Origin: Klebsormidium nitens
Taxonomy: Eukaryota; Plantae; Klebsormidiophyceae
Direction of reading: 5' to 3'
Assembly: GCA_000708835.1 (NCBI GenBank)
Contig: DF237225.1
Span: 50,784-114,783, forward strand
DNA: 64,000 nucleotides
The notes beneath the pieces were generated by a model. That model had not been told where the DNA came from. It worked only from the letters and a program-made list of their open reading frames with translations, and did not search any database. A program made the translations under genes and the position numbers. This document shows, piece by piece, positions 11,201-22,300 of the stretch (the first letter of the stretch is position 1; the number at the start of each line of letters is the position of its first letter).

Positions 11201-13676
11201 ATTCAGTGAGACGTAAGTGCTATCCGAAACCCTCTCGAACGAAGAGAGGCGCTCGACTACCGCTGACTTTCAGCGATTGCTGTTCAGATTGAACAATTGG
11301 CTCATTCTCCGGGACTTCCCTGAAAATTATTTGCAGTTACGTACTATACAAAAAATAGCTAGGCAAAGAAGCTACCGGCTCTGAAGCCAGAACATTTCGA
11401 GCCGCATTCAAAAACAGTCTTGTCTGCAAGATGACCTGGTAAATTGCCCGCACGCTTCTTCTCGCTCCGTCAACATGCTGAGTCAAAACCCCGAGGTGGA
11501 ATATCCAAGAGCAAAGGACCTAACGAGGCATCCAAAGGGAAGAGATTCAACGAGACTTCTGTAATCAGGGAAGAAAGTCGCTTGCCTTGAAATCAATGTC
11601 GTTGTAGTTGAACCTCATCCGGATCTTCTCCTTAGTTGAGCCCACAATTTTGACGTATGCGCCAAGCTGCACGAAGAACAAGCAATTCAGCAATCTAGAT
11701 CTGCAATACTTTCAGTTCTTGCATCTTCGAACAACACTTCCAGCAACAGGTGACCTACAGACGGTCCCCAAGAACCATTTCGTACTCCTAACACCCACGA
11801 TAAGACCCTCGTCCCAAAACGACTTCAACAATTCGAATCAACGGAAAAGGGGAGGAGTCCGAAATCCTTCACCCCAGCTGGTCCTCCAAAGTGAGGTCAT
11901 CGTTTTTTGTAATGGAACCGTGCAAAGTTTCCCTTCTTCCATCTATCGTCTTTTTTTCATATTCCCATCTTTCTACATTCAAAACTGCGCCGCTACAAAG
12001 GGTGCACTTTCAGATCGTTCGACTCTCGAGAATCGAGAATTTGGGGTTTTGAATGTTAGACGCCCACCTTGTACAGCGTGCCAATCTGCATCCCGGAGAC
12101 ATTGATCGAAACTCCGTCGGACGGCTTTGTACGGCCCCCGACGGCAATGTACGATCCGTTCCCGCCAACCGACAGAGTCTCCCCGCCATTGAGAGGCTGC
12201 CACGAACCAGGCACGGCCGTGAAGGGGGTCGGACTGTCGACGATGGTGGGACCCGCAATGGTCACGTTCAAAGAGTCGGGACACTGCATTTAAAGGCGTA
12301 CCAGAGGCAGATTTCAGCGCTTGTAGAGTTCGTGTACTCGTCAGGACGACGTACTCTAGGGGCTATAAAAGTAAAGCCTTGCTACTAAGCAGGTGCTGTG
12401 ATTGCGCCCTTCCATGTCGGCTCCTCTTGTTGCAACAACAGATGTGGCCGACCACAGTCAAGTATGATGGATCCTTTGAGCAGCAAATCTGCCTGTAAAA
12501 TTCTGAAGAGTCTGCTTGGCGACACCCTGTTAAAATACTGAAGCGTATGCTCAGCGACACCAAACGGGTTGTTGTATCCCAAGAAGAAATTGGACACTAC
12601 AAGTTGGAAAGAAGTGCACGGCTGTTGCTTTCGCAAAGCTAAGGGCGAAGTAGAAGGGTTCCAAGCATATCGCCGTTGCATTCCAGAAGAAGCAAGTAAT
12701 ACGGCTCTACTGACAATCGTAAGTGCAGACACGGTACGTGGTCTTGCTAACCCGAACGGATCTGTGATTAACAACGGCGACAACTCATTCGAAGGGTATT
12801 GCCAGACAAATCTCGTAACTCGATGACAAGAGCCAGTCTGGTCGAAGTCAAGCCTTTGTGCTCATCTTCACAACCTCTTTCACATTCCGGTTCTGATTGG
12901 TTTGTGAAGCGACAAGAAATATGAAGCCTCTGTCATGCTTTGAAGAAGGCTCAAAGACTTCAAAGCCTCTGCCTTGATGTACTTCCGACCACAAGAGTCA
13001 TTCCAACTTCTTCACGCTTGGAAAAAATGGGGAAGCTGTGCCGTGCAAAATAAATAAATGACGGGCGACTCACGATCTGTGACAGGGGGGGTACAGCCAG
13101 GGTAATCTGCGTGCCAGCAACTGCAATGCACAAGCAGAAAAGTTTAGCAAAGATGTTGGGGAACTGTGTTTGGAAGGGACCATTTCTGCAATGATGCCAT
13201 ATCATGCAATGGATTTGCGTGAGATGGCAAATTTTTTGTTCCAGCGTTTCAGCGAGTCTTGGCCTCATGAATTGAAGCATATCAACAGAGTCTAATCCTG
13301 AAAATTTGTCATTCATATCCCGTCACACAAGCTTATTATCAATTCAACAAGCCTCAGTTTGAGCTCCATACGGGGTTGTTTTACAACGTGTAACAGAGAC
13401 TCGCTTAGCTTCAGGAGAAGAGACTCCAAGCTGCCTTCCAGTAGCTTAAGGGTGCCAGTTCTACATGTGCTTAAAACCTCGGCTAACTGACAACCAAAGC
13501 GATCTCTCCAGTCGGACCTTGTTACCTCGCAGATTTTACGCCATTATATGCAGAGGAGAGGGCCCAGATCGTGGAAACAGTGCAAAGGCCTCACCTGGAG
13601 CCTGAGCTGCCGCAGGCGCATTGGCATTTGGGGCGGCCGCGGGACCTTGGGCAGCGCCCGAGCCAGCAAGGCAACC
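5270..13676 (-). CDS. Plant-type GH10 endo-1,4-beta-xylanase-like protein with N-terminal CBM4_9/CBM22-like module and C-terminal extension; exons 12283-12068, 11666-11586, 10934-10692, 10224-10013, 9098-8885, 8123-7902, 7432-7217, 6501-6274, 5791-5270; possible upstream exon ~13676-13596
   Basis: Motifs VRKRDV..FPFG, ALKW, RGHTVFW, WDPANE (acid/base Glu), WMTEIN (nucleophile Glu), EAFAHPAV and TDANGQFGFRGYAGEY match plant GH10 xylanases. Exon phases fit from 12283 downstream. The 5' end and the link to the 13.6 kb exon are unresolved. Confidence 0.9.
7015..7178 (+). repeat. Interspersed ~150-bp repeat, copy 1 (in GH10 intron)
   Basis: Aligns by eye with 40308-40446 (ctgcttttggactg...ggttctagc...gctcttccggg...ggagcagatg...ttgattgctgcgaagcccctaaacgta). 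Confidence 0.9.
9568..9602 (+). repeat. Short degenerate telomere-like (AAACCCT) intronic tract
   Basis: taaaaccctaaaaccctaaaaaaccataaaaccctt; similar tracts occur in many introns and at 33920-34070. Confidence 0.6.
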
Positions 13677-15859
13677 TGAAAGTGACATCATTCCAACATC
13701 AGCAGGTAGCTTTGTACCATTGAAGGAAATACAAGATATGACTGGCAGTGCTCTGAAGGAAATGACTGGCTGCTTGTAAACCTGGGGAGCTGCGTAATAT
13801 GGTTGACTGAAGAGAGAATTCTGGAGTCCCTGACACGCCACTTGTCTTCAGAATTATGTTGGAACGAAGGAACATAGCGAGTCTCGAGAGTTCACTGCAT
13901 TATACCACTAACATCAATTGAAGCTTATTCCGTCAGCAAAATTACCTCAGTATGCAGTTGATGTTTGCAGCCATACTCGAAAAGATTTGTCCTTTGAATC
14001 AACGACACTGACAGAAAACAGGCCACTGTCCGGATTGCCACTGGCAACCGAAATTAAAAAAAGCGAGAAGGGGCAAACAAAGAGGCCTCTTGCGGAAGCC
14101 TTGCCAAGAACCAACTTGATTGTGAACAAAGGATGGCAGATGCACCAGAGCATTTTGAAAACCACAGGCCCCAATTGAGTGTTCTGCAAACAAAGCGACC
14201 AGAAGCGACAGTGTCTGGGACAGTATGCAAACACCACCAAGAGCAGCTTGTTGAGCAATTGGGAGGAATCCTTCAAGAAAAACCTCTATCAGAAACAGTA
14301 TCTGCAAGTGACTGAGGCCTCTGATGCATGCAGCTGGTGCTGAAACTGTGAAGCAGTATTGCTCAACAAATTTGGGAGAACCTTGGATACCAACAAGCTT
14401 CATCAATCAGTAGCTCAACAAACTGCCAAGACAGAAGGCAAGAGCCTGGGTACTGTTGACCTCTTGCTCCCTTGTCAGACTCTTGGACAGCTTTCCCAAC
14501 AAGCGTTGGGTTGACAAACTCTCTTGCAGAGTATCTTATTCAGTAGTAAGCAATGCCGCAAACCTCCAAGCCCCACACAAGCAAGACTGCAGCAAAATAT
14601 CTTCTACTGAAACTGACGCACAACCTATTGGCTGTACTGCCAGATTCGCAAAGTAAAAATTGGTATCCAAGTTGAGCCGCTCCAGCTCAGAAAACCCCAG
14701 TAATAAGTGGCATTGTGATAAATCCACCAAAAACAGTAGCACTGCTCAATGCGACAAGCGATTTTAGTGCAATACATTAGCGAGCGAGCCAGCAATTGCT
14801 GTCTTACCAAGCAGGACTCCAATGGTACTGCAGAGCAGCACCCAAGACACGCCTTTCTGCGCCATTGCAGCTCACGCTTTTTCGTACAGAGCTGCAATTT
14901 CCTTCCCCGCAAGAAGCTCTGTCGAATGGACACTTTTCTGCAGCCTGCAGCAGGAACGGCCAAGTCGCCTCCTTGGCGAAACTACTGCACGGCTTGCAGA
15001 ACGCACAACGTTTGGGACCCTGCACCAGCTTTGCAGGGTGATTCCACGATTTCGGAACCGGAAATCCTGAGCCGAGGAGTCCCCTGGGCCTCGGCTCCTC
15101 CAGCAAGAGAGGGAGCATGCAATGATGCATGGTGTCCTGCCGCGCCAGCTTGCTTTTCTTGTCATCATTCTTGCCAATGACAGCAGCACAGCTGGCCAGG
15201 GGGATCCACGCATGCTTCTTCTGATGCATGCAGGTGGCATAAGCTCCGGACATGGCGGTACGTATGCTCTAGGACGGCTGTACTGGGACATGTCTTGTGA
15301 CATGTCTTGTGCAGAGCTCTGCTGTTTGGTGCGCTGTTCAGACCTGCCTGAGACTCTAGACTCATGAAATTTGGACTAGAGACATGACCCATGCCATGAT
15401 GCATGCTTTTCTATTAAATGTCAAGAGTGTTTAGGTTAGGTCAATGCCCTATCGCAACCATACCAGTAGTAGTAGCTGCCACACTTAACCGGGTTTTCAA
15501 TCAAGTGTTAGAAAGTCTGATATTGTGCCGAATTTGAAGTCGTGTGAAAAATCTTTTGTACATGTAAGTACGTACCGTGTGATCTACCTAGTGGAGCGGA
15601 GTGGCGTATGAAACGGTCGAAGGACCACACACCTGGCCCCGCTGCTAATAAGCTTGACCACGACGCTTGCTCGAACCGGTGCCGGTTTTCCGGAAACGCC
15701 TATACGGGCTGTACCACCAGTACGTACCGCTGAGGGAGTGCTCTGCTTATGCTTTCAATGCATTCTTCGTGCTCATTGCAGGAACGGCCCTCGATGTGAT
15801 TGGCATCAGTACCTAGGCGCGGCAGCTTGCAGAGCGGCAGGTTGATTTGCTCGAGTGGC

Positions 15860-17900
15860 ATGGCTCTTTCGGAGTTAAGCGAGCACGTCTTGGAGGTCGT
15901 CCTGGGAAAGGTACGGGATGTTCAGGACAGAGACGCATGCTCCTTGGTCTGCCAAGCTTTTCGAAGCGCGGAGCGACAGACACGGCAGCACCTGCGCCTG
16001 CGTTGTACCGGAGGCAGATTCAGCAAGCCCGACATTGCTTCACAGGCATCACATCGCTCGATATTTCCGACGTCCTCCATTGCAAGGGGGAGGATGCGCT
16101 CGTGTACGCGCCTCCCAAGCTCTTGCATCTGGGGCAGTGCTTTCCCAATGTGCGGAGGCTGACTTGCAACTTTGGCCTGAAAAGGTGGATCACAGGCGGG
16201 CTGCCTTTCCTTGGCATCTGGACTACATTGGAAGAGGTGGTCGTCAAGCAGCTCGACCACTCAATTGCGCCGGAGTCGCTGGTCGACTGCATCGGGACAG
16301 GAACCCTAATCATGACTAACCTCAACAGATTGTCGAGCCTTGGGCAGGCCTGGCTGCCCTTGAAAAAGGTCAGCTTTCGGTCATTTTCTCCTTTAGGCGA
16401 CGCGGAACTTCGCCAGCTGGCGGGGGCAGACATTGCGACTGTAGAAGTCCTTCAGTTGGATCTGCACAACCGGTGCTCGCCGGTCCTCCTATGCTGTGCA
16501 ATCTCCGAAGCAATATTTCCAGTGCTGCAGGGTTTGGAGATAGGGGTCGAAACCTAGACTGAGGAGGATGAGAACCTTCCGGACCTTTTCACTGATGACA
16601 GCCTCAGCGCCTTCCTCCATGGTCTGCCTGCGATCAAGTCGTTCAAGCTTGAAATCATGGGGCCATCTTCACTTGGAACCGTCCCCTTAAGCTTGGCGCT
16701 TTCGAGGAGCCTGCGTTCGCTAGAAATTAATCTCATCGGACGTACTTCAGACGGGAAGCCAGATATTGACCTGTCGTCGATTTCGCAGTGCGATGGTCTA
16801 GAGCGCCTTGCGCTATTTGGCATAGGCCACGCAAATGCTAACAAGTTGGGTGCACAGATTCTACCCTTGCTGGAAGGGTGTTCCCTACATAGTTTACCAT
16901 TGGAGGTCTGGCCAGTCCAGCAGGAAGAAATGTACCACGATTGGATTTAAGTGCTAAAATGCTTAGCGGAGGCAGCCCCAAGCACCTTGACTCATCTAAA
17001 AGTCAAAGGACCCTTGCTTGAAGTGGCAGATCCAGGGACAGTCGACCTATTAGCTCCCCTCAGGCTTCTACCCCTCAGTGAGTCTCTGAAGGGATTGGAA
17101 TGTGAGTTTATCCCCTGTGCCGGATCAAGTATTCTTTTTAGAGGTTGGGACTGTCTGAAAGAACTGAATCTGAAGTGGGGCGGGCTTTGTGCTAGCAGCG
17201 GACGAGGTTCGATAGAGGTCACAATCGCTTGCCCCCAATTGAAGAGCCTGAAAGTGCGAGCTCCTACTTTTCTTGGGTTGGATTTTGAGGGCCCCCATGA
17301 ACACCTTGCGACTCTAGATCTTGATATTGGTCATCATGGTATGGGGAGCCGTGAACAGGGGATTGCAAAGCTTCTTCAAGTTGGTGGGAAATATCCGAGG
17401 TCTTGGGTCTGTGACCAGCTTAGCAATTGGAGCCGACTTCTGTTTTAACTTTGAAAGCGATCCAAGGGTTACAATGGCACTTGCTAGCATCTGTTCATTA
17501 AGGTCCTTAAGATTGGGGAATTACTTCGGGTCAGATAGTACCATGTTAAGTGCCCATTTTGCCGCCTTCTCGACCTGCCTGAAGCTGAGGGAGTTGCGTA
17601 TAGTAGATCAGATAGGGAGTCCTCTCTTGGAGTTATTTGGGAAGTTCTACGACCATGCTGGGCTTGAGCTTACCTAGTAAAGTCGGCTGGCGGTTGAACG
17701 AGAAGAGCAATTGAGTTCAATCAAAGTCTTTCGATTTGGTCGGCCGGCTAGGTTTTGATCGATGACTAAGAGACAGACTCAGGTCCTCTACATATGTTGA
17801 AGACTATTACTTGGATGACAACATTGAATGATTTGCTGCATGCATGGGGACAATGTACTCAACTCGAGGAGCATCCATTTGCTTGTCATCCTCTTGTGTC
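15860..17900 (+). pseudogene. Intronless F-box/LRR (TIR1/COI1-type F-box) pseudogene
   Basis: ATG at 15860 gives LSEHVLEVVLGKVRDVQDRDACSLVCQAFRSAERQTRQHLRL, a TIR1/COI1-like F-box. A frameshift near 16010 leads into LRR-like text (CFPNVRRL, LEEVVV, LRSLEI, LERLAL, LKELNL, CPQLKSLKV, LRSLRL). In-frame stops occur at 16555 and 16948, a second frameshift near 17350, and further stops after 17675. Confidence 0.8.
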
Positions 17901-19301
17901 TGTCCGCGTTGCATGATTGTTGCGCGAGCGTTGTCTGGCATTGATGCACTCCCATGAACTAATCCGCGGGTGATCAGACGGTGCACATGTCAATATCATA
18001 GTATACTACCGCATGATGTATACCGATCAATGATAGTCGGATGGCTAGCTAGCAATTAAACGAAAGCATAGCGCGAACGGATTAATTTGATTGTATGTCG
18101 ATGTTGTAGGAAAGCAAAAGACGCACTTTATATGAAGATACTGACAATTTGCATCGAATTCAAAAACCACGATCAAAATCTAATCCGCGATTTATACTAG
18201 TCATTCAATGCCGGGAAAGTATTGGCGTCACTGTCATGCATGCACTTCGATCATGTGACGCCCCGACCATGCATGAAGAAACTCGGAGCTTCCCACCGAC
18301 GAAGGATCTTGATGTTCGACGTACGTTCGCCGAGTCGCTCAATCATACTTCATTTCGCGAATATTGGAGATACAATATATATACAACTAGAGACATGCAA
18401 CAATCACATGTGCGAAATTTAGGTCTTAAACGCATGTCGAAGCTCATGATTGAATTGCACTGAAAGCAGGTTCTCACATGACCGTCCTTAAAGAGGGCGT
18501 ATTCAGACGCATCTGAGATTAGCGACTGGAAACCACAGGATACCGCACTTTCGGTCGCCGCGAATACTTTATGACGTCACTGCTGCAGCGACGTTGACCT
18601 GGATTTTTGCCTCATCAGGGTCGCTGCGACAGCCACGTAGGCTTCTTCAACCCCAACGCCCTCTTTAATGAAGGTCATTGCACGTCGAAGACGGGCGCCT
18701 GCTTGTCATTGTTCCATATATATAGCAATATGGTTAAAGAGCACAAGTTCGGTTCGTCGTACTCAATAAGTAAACCACAATCGACGACATCGTCTACAGA
18801 GGTTTTTTAGTACCTTTTTATCAGCGTTGCCCTATTCTACCATGAGACCCAGACCAACTTAACAAGGAGACAACATCTGAGGTATGGCAACTGTCCACAC
18901 TGCATCGGCCGCTTATGCAGATTGACTGACGACTTCTCAACCGAGCGCCAGGTTTGGAGAAACCCCATGAGCCAATGACTCCACCATGACCTCCGAGTTA
19001 CCTTAAGTTTACTGGGCTTGAATGCTGGTAACTTACATCTAGTGCTCGCGTTGCTAATCCTCAGCCACCATAACTGGAATAGGATAGTAGACGGGACTCA
19101 CAGAGACTTCCTGCGTCCCATAAATACTCATGAAGCATGGCGACCTGCCAGGTCGACGGCCCATTTTTCGTTTCTAACCTTCTCATTGGCGCAACTTTCG
19201 GGCGACTTTAGCGGGCGACTTTAGCGGGCTATGTCAAGCCGATACATTGGAGATTGCTCTCTGCCGCCCACAGATTGAAAGCGCCAAAGACCGCGCTCTG
19301 T

Positions 19302-22300
19302 CTACTTTTGCTTGTCGCGGTGGAGCCCAATGAGCAGCATGAAGGCGCCCCAGCGCGCGAGCACGCCGAAGAAGAGCAGCATAAAGATGCACAGCCCGTA
19401 GTCACTGATGTCGTAGTTGGCCTTCTGGAGAGCCCCGCACCGCGTCAAGAGCCACACCCCGGAATATCTGAGAGACGAGAAAATCGCCGGGTGATGTGAG
19501 GCTTCGTAACTAGTTAGATGCAAGAAGCTGACGAGTGGGAGCAGCTTACAGAACAGCCCACCGAGGGACCAACGGAAGTTCACGGACGAGTGGTTTGTCA
19601 GAATACGAGCCTCCATTGATAACTGCCAACTTTAGAACAACTGCAACTCAGTGAACACGCAGCTTTCATGGGCACGTCGACATAGTCGGTTGGGAAGCAG
19701 AGGCGATATGGCTCTCGGCAAATCAAGCGACACCAGTATCGGTTCGCAGGCAGACGACGGCTCTTTACCTCCATTGAATGCAAACCAAGTCGAAAAAGAT
19801 TGTCATTGTAGAAACTCGTCGTTTCCAGCGCAGAAAAGTAGCTCCAAACATGGCTGCCCTTCAAGCACCTCGTGTCATGGGAAAATGGCCAGCCGAGATT
19901 CTGAAATCAATCTTACCTTCTTGCGTTTGCCAGGACGTACGCCTCGAGGGCCCACCGCGCAAAGCTGAGCGCGTAGAAGACCTTCACAATGCCGCCGGAG
20001 TTGCCCTTGCCCGCAATCACGCTCGCAATGAGCGTCACTACCGCAGCTGCCTGTCAAAAAACATCAGATGTTCCAATAAGGTTACGCAAGGATGATAAAT
20101 CACTTGAGCGGTTGTTAAGCTTGCCTGAGCAGAGACCTAGCCTCATCTAGTCCCGAAGGAAAGGAGGAACCGCTTTAGAGCCGCACTGGCGCACACAAGA
20201 ACGAGCGAGACCTTTCGGCTGAAACTTCCTGCACCTTGTAACGAAGCGTGGTCCAATCTGGTCGCTCGAAATCGACAAGCACTGAAGGTTGGACTACAAA
20301 AGAAGCACTCAAGGTTGGACTAGAAAGAACGACGTTTCTTCAAGCCGCGTTTGACCCAACAATCAAAGCCTCGAAGCACAAACAGAAAGCTTTGAAGTGC
20401 CCGTACAAACCCGGGTCCGCTTAGTCCAGACGTTGGAGCCTCTTCCAAACGACAGCCGAGCTTATATATAGCAAACGAGTCCAACCAAGCTTTGAGGAGG
20501 GGCGCCTCCCCATATTGTGACAGGTAGCATGCGTTTGATCAGCTGGATTCGGGTATTGCCGGGCATATTCGTCGCGTATTCTTCTCCTTGTTCGTAGAAG
20601 GGTTGGGGCAATAGAACGAAGGCGCCTATCATCCCTATTCTTACTTTCCGATTTGATATTTTGGGGGAAGGCGCTTACCAGCTGAGAGGACGAGGGCGGC
20701 ATGAGGGTGGCCAGGACGTAGGAGACTCCAGTGACGCAGTAAACCAGGCAGATGGTCAGCCCGACGTTGCTCACGAATGTGGACCGCGGCTGGAGAGGGA
20801 GACGGGACAAAGCTTGAGTTCTTAAGGTCCATCCTGTGGGTTGGATGTACGCAGAAGCAGGAATTTACAGGGGAATATGGTGATGCGCAGGCAACGATAA
20901 AAAGGAGACGGTCACAGAGAAGAAAATTTGAAGCTGTTGGCAATCATACTCACAATATTTTCAACGGTCTGAGTTCTGGAAGAAGTACACAATGAGATAG
21001 CAAAGACGACATACATGCTGTAGGGGAACAACAAACACGTGTCTGGCAAAATCAACAAGCGGTTGACGTCAATAAACGAAGTGACGTCAGAGGCATATGC
21101 AGGACAAGCACCGACGTTTGTGGATGCATTTTGTAGCTATGCAGCTTGATACCGCCGCAGAATTACCCAGACCTCGAATCAGCTGCCAAGTCTTGAGAAT
21201 ACGCTGCAAATGATCGCCAATCGTCTGCATACGACAGGGGGCTTCCAAGAGGGCTTGCTGAGAAGCGTTCCGGCTTACGTCGTTGAAGAAGTAGAACAGC
21301 GCCATGTAGAAGATAGGCTTCAGGAAGATGTGGGGCCACTGCAGGCAAACGTAAGCAGATTTACAGTTAGCAGCGCAGTTCAAACTTGGGCTTTCGCTCA
21401 CATGGGGCCTTCATTCCAAAACAATTGTCGGAAGCAGGCTGTGCAGCTTGCTAGTACGGAGTAATTGCGACCCTCCATGCAGGCTCAATAAAGGGCAGAA
21501 AATGCTTGACAGGTCATACAGGATTGACCTCTGATTTGAGGCGAATCGCCAGATTGACACCACATCCCAGAAGAACGATACTGCACCCTTGATAAGCATC
21601 CACACTGGATACTAGCCGGCGACTCTCTGAGAACCGTTCAGCTGAGTCGTTGCAAAGTGACGTCAGCGGAGCGGGTGCTCACGTCACTGAGGTCCTTGGC
21701 GAGGAAGTAGGCCAGCTTGTTGATGCCCGAAGCGGACTCGCGGTAGAAGTTGAGCGTGTCCAGGTTGAAGGTGCGCAGCCCGGCGATCATGGCCAGCAGA
21801 GCTGCGCCAAAAGAGGGTTAGGGGTCGGGGTTTACAAAAACAAACTATTGCAATTGTGTCGGGTTGAAATCAAGCGTGTCCAAGTTGAAGGTGCGCAGCC
21901 CAGCGATCATGGCCAGCAGAGCTGCGCCAAAAGAGGGTTAGGGGTCAGGGTTTACGAAAACGAGTCTTCTCGGGTTAAAGTTGAGCTTGTCCAGGTTGAA
22001 GGAGCGCAGCCCCGGCGAACATGCCAGCAGAGCTGCGCCAGAAAAGGGTTAGGGGCCAGGGGTTTATGAGAATCAGGATATGCAGAAATGTTCGGTTATA
22101 GTACGTTGAGCTTGTCCAGGTTAGGTCCGCAGCCCCGCCGCCATCGCCAGCAGAGCAGCGCTGGAGGGGTGCACCGATCGGGGTTTACAAAACTAGGTCA
22201 AGCACTTGCTTCGATTTATGATCTCCTAATCTAAGCACATAAGTCTTCGGGGTGGAACTTGCGGTTTGGGTGCTTGGAACTCAAGGGCCTGTCACTAAAT

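Noticed and set aside
12960-13316. QFPNIFAKL resembling a hAT dimerisation domain in a GH10 intron
   Set aside because: Lacks the following ERxFS motif; similarity too weak.
13918-15400. Many overlapping 60-150 aa ORFs, one with a signal-peptide-like start at 15122
   Set aside because: No domain motifs, codon bias or consistent splice structure.
21650-22069. 139-aa plus-strand ORF with internal repeats
   Set aside because: Produced by the tandem exon-edge copies on the opposite strand; not an independent gene, and not a CRISPR array (no unique spacers, no cas genes).
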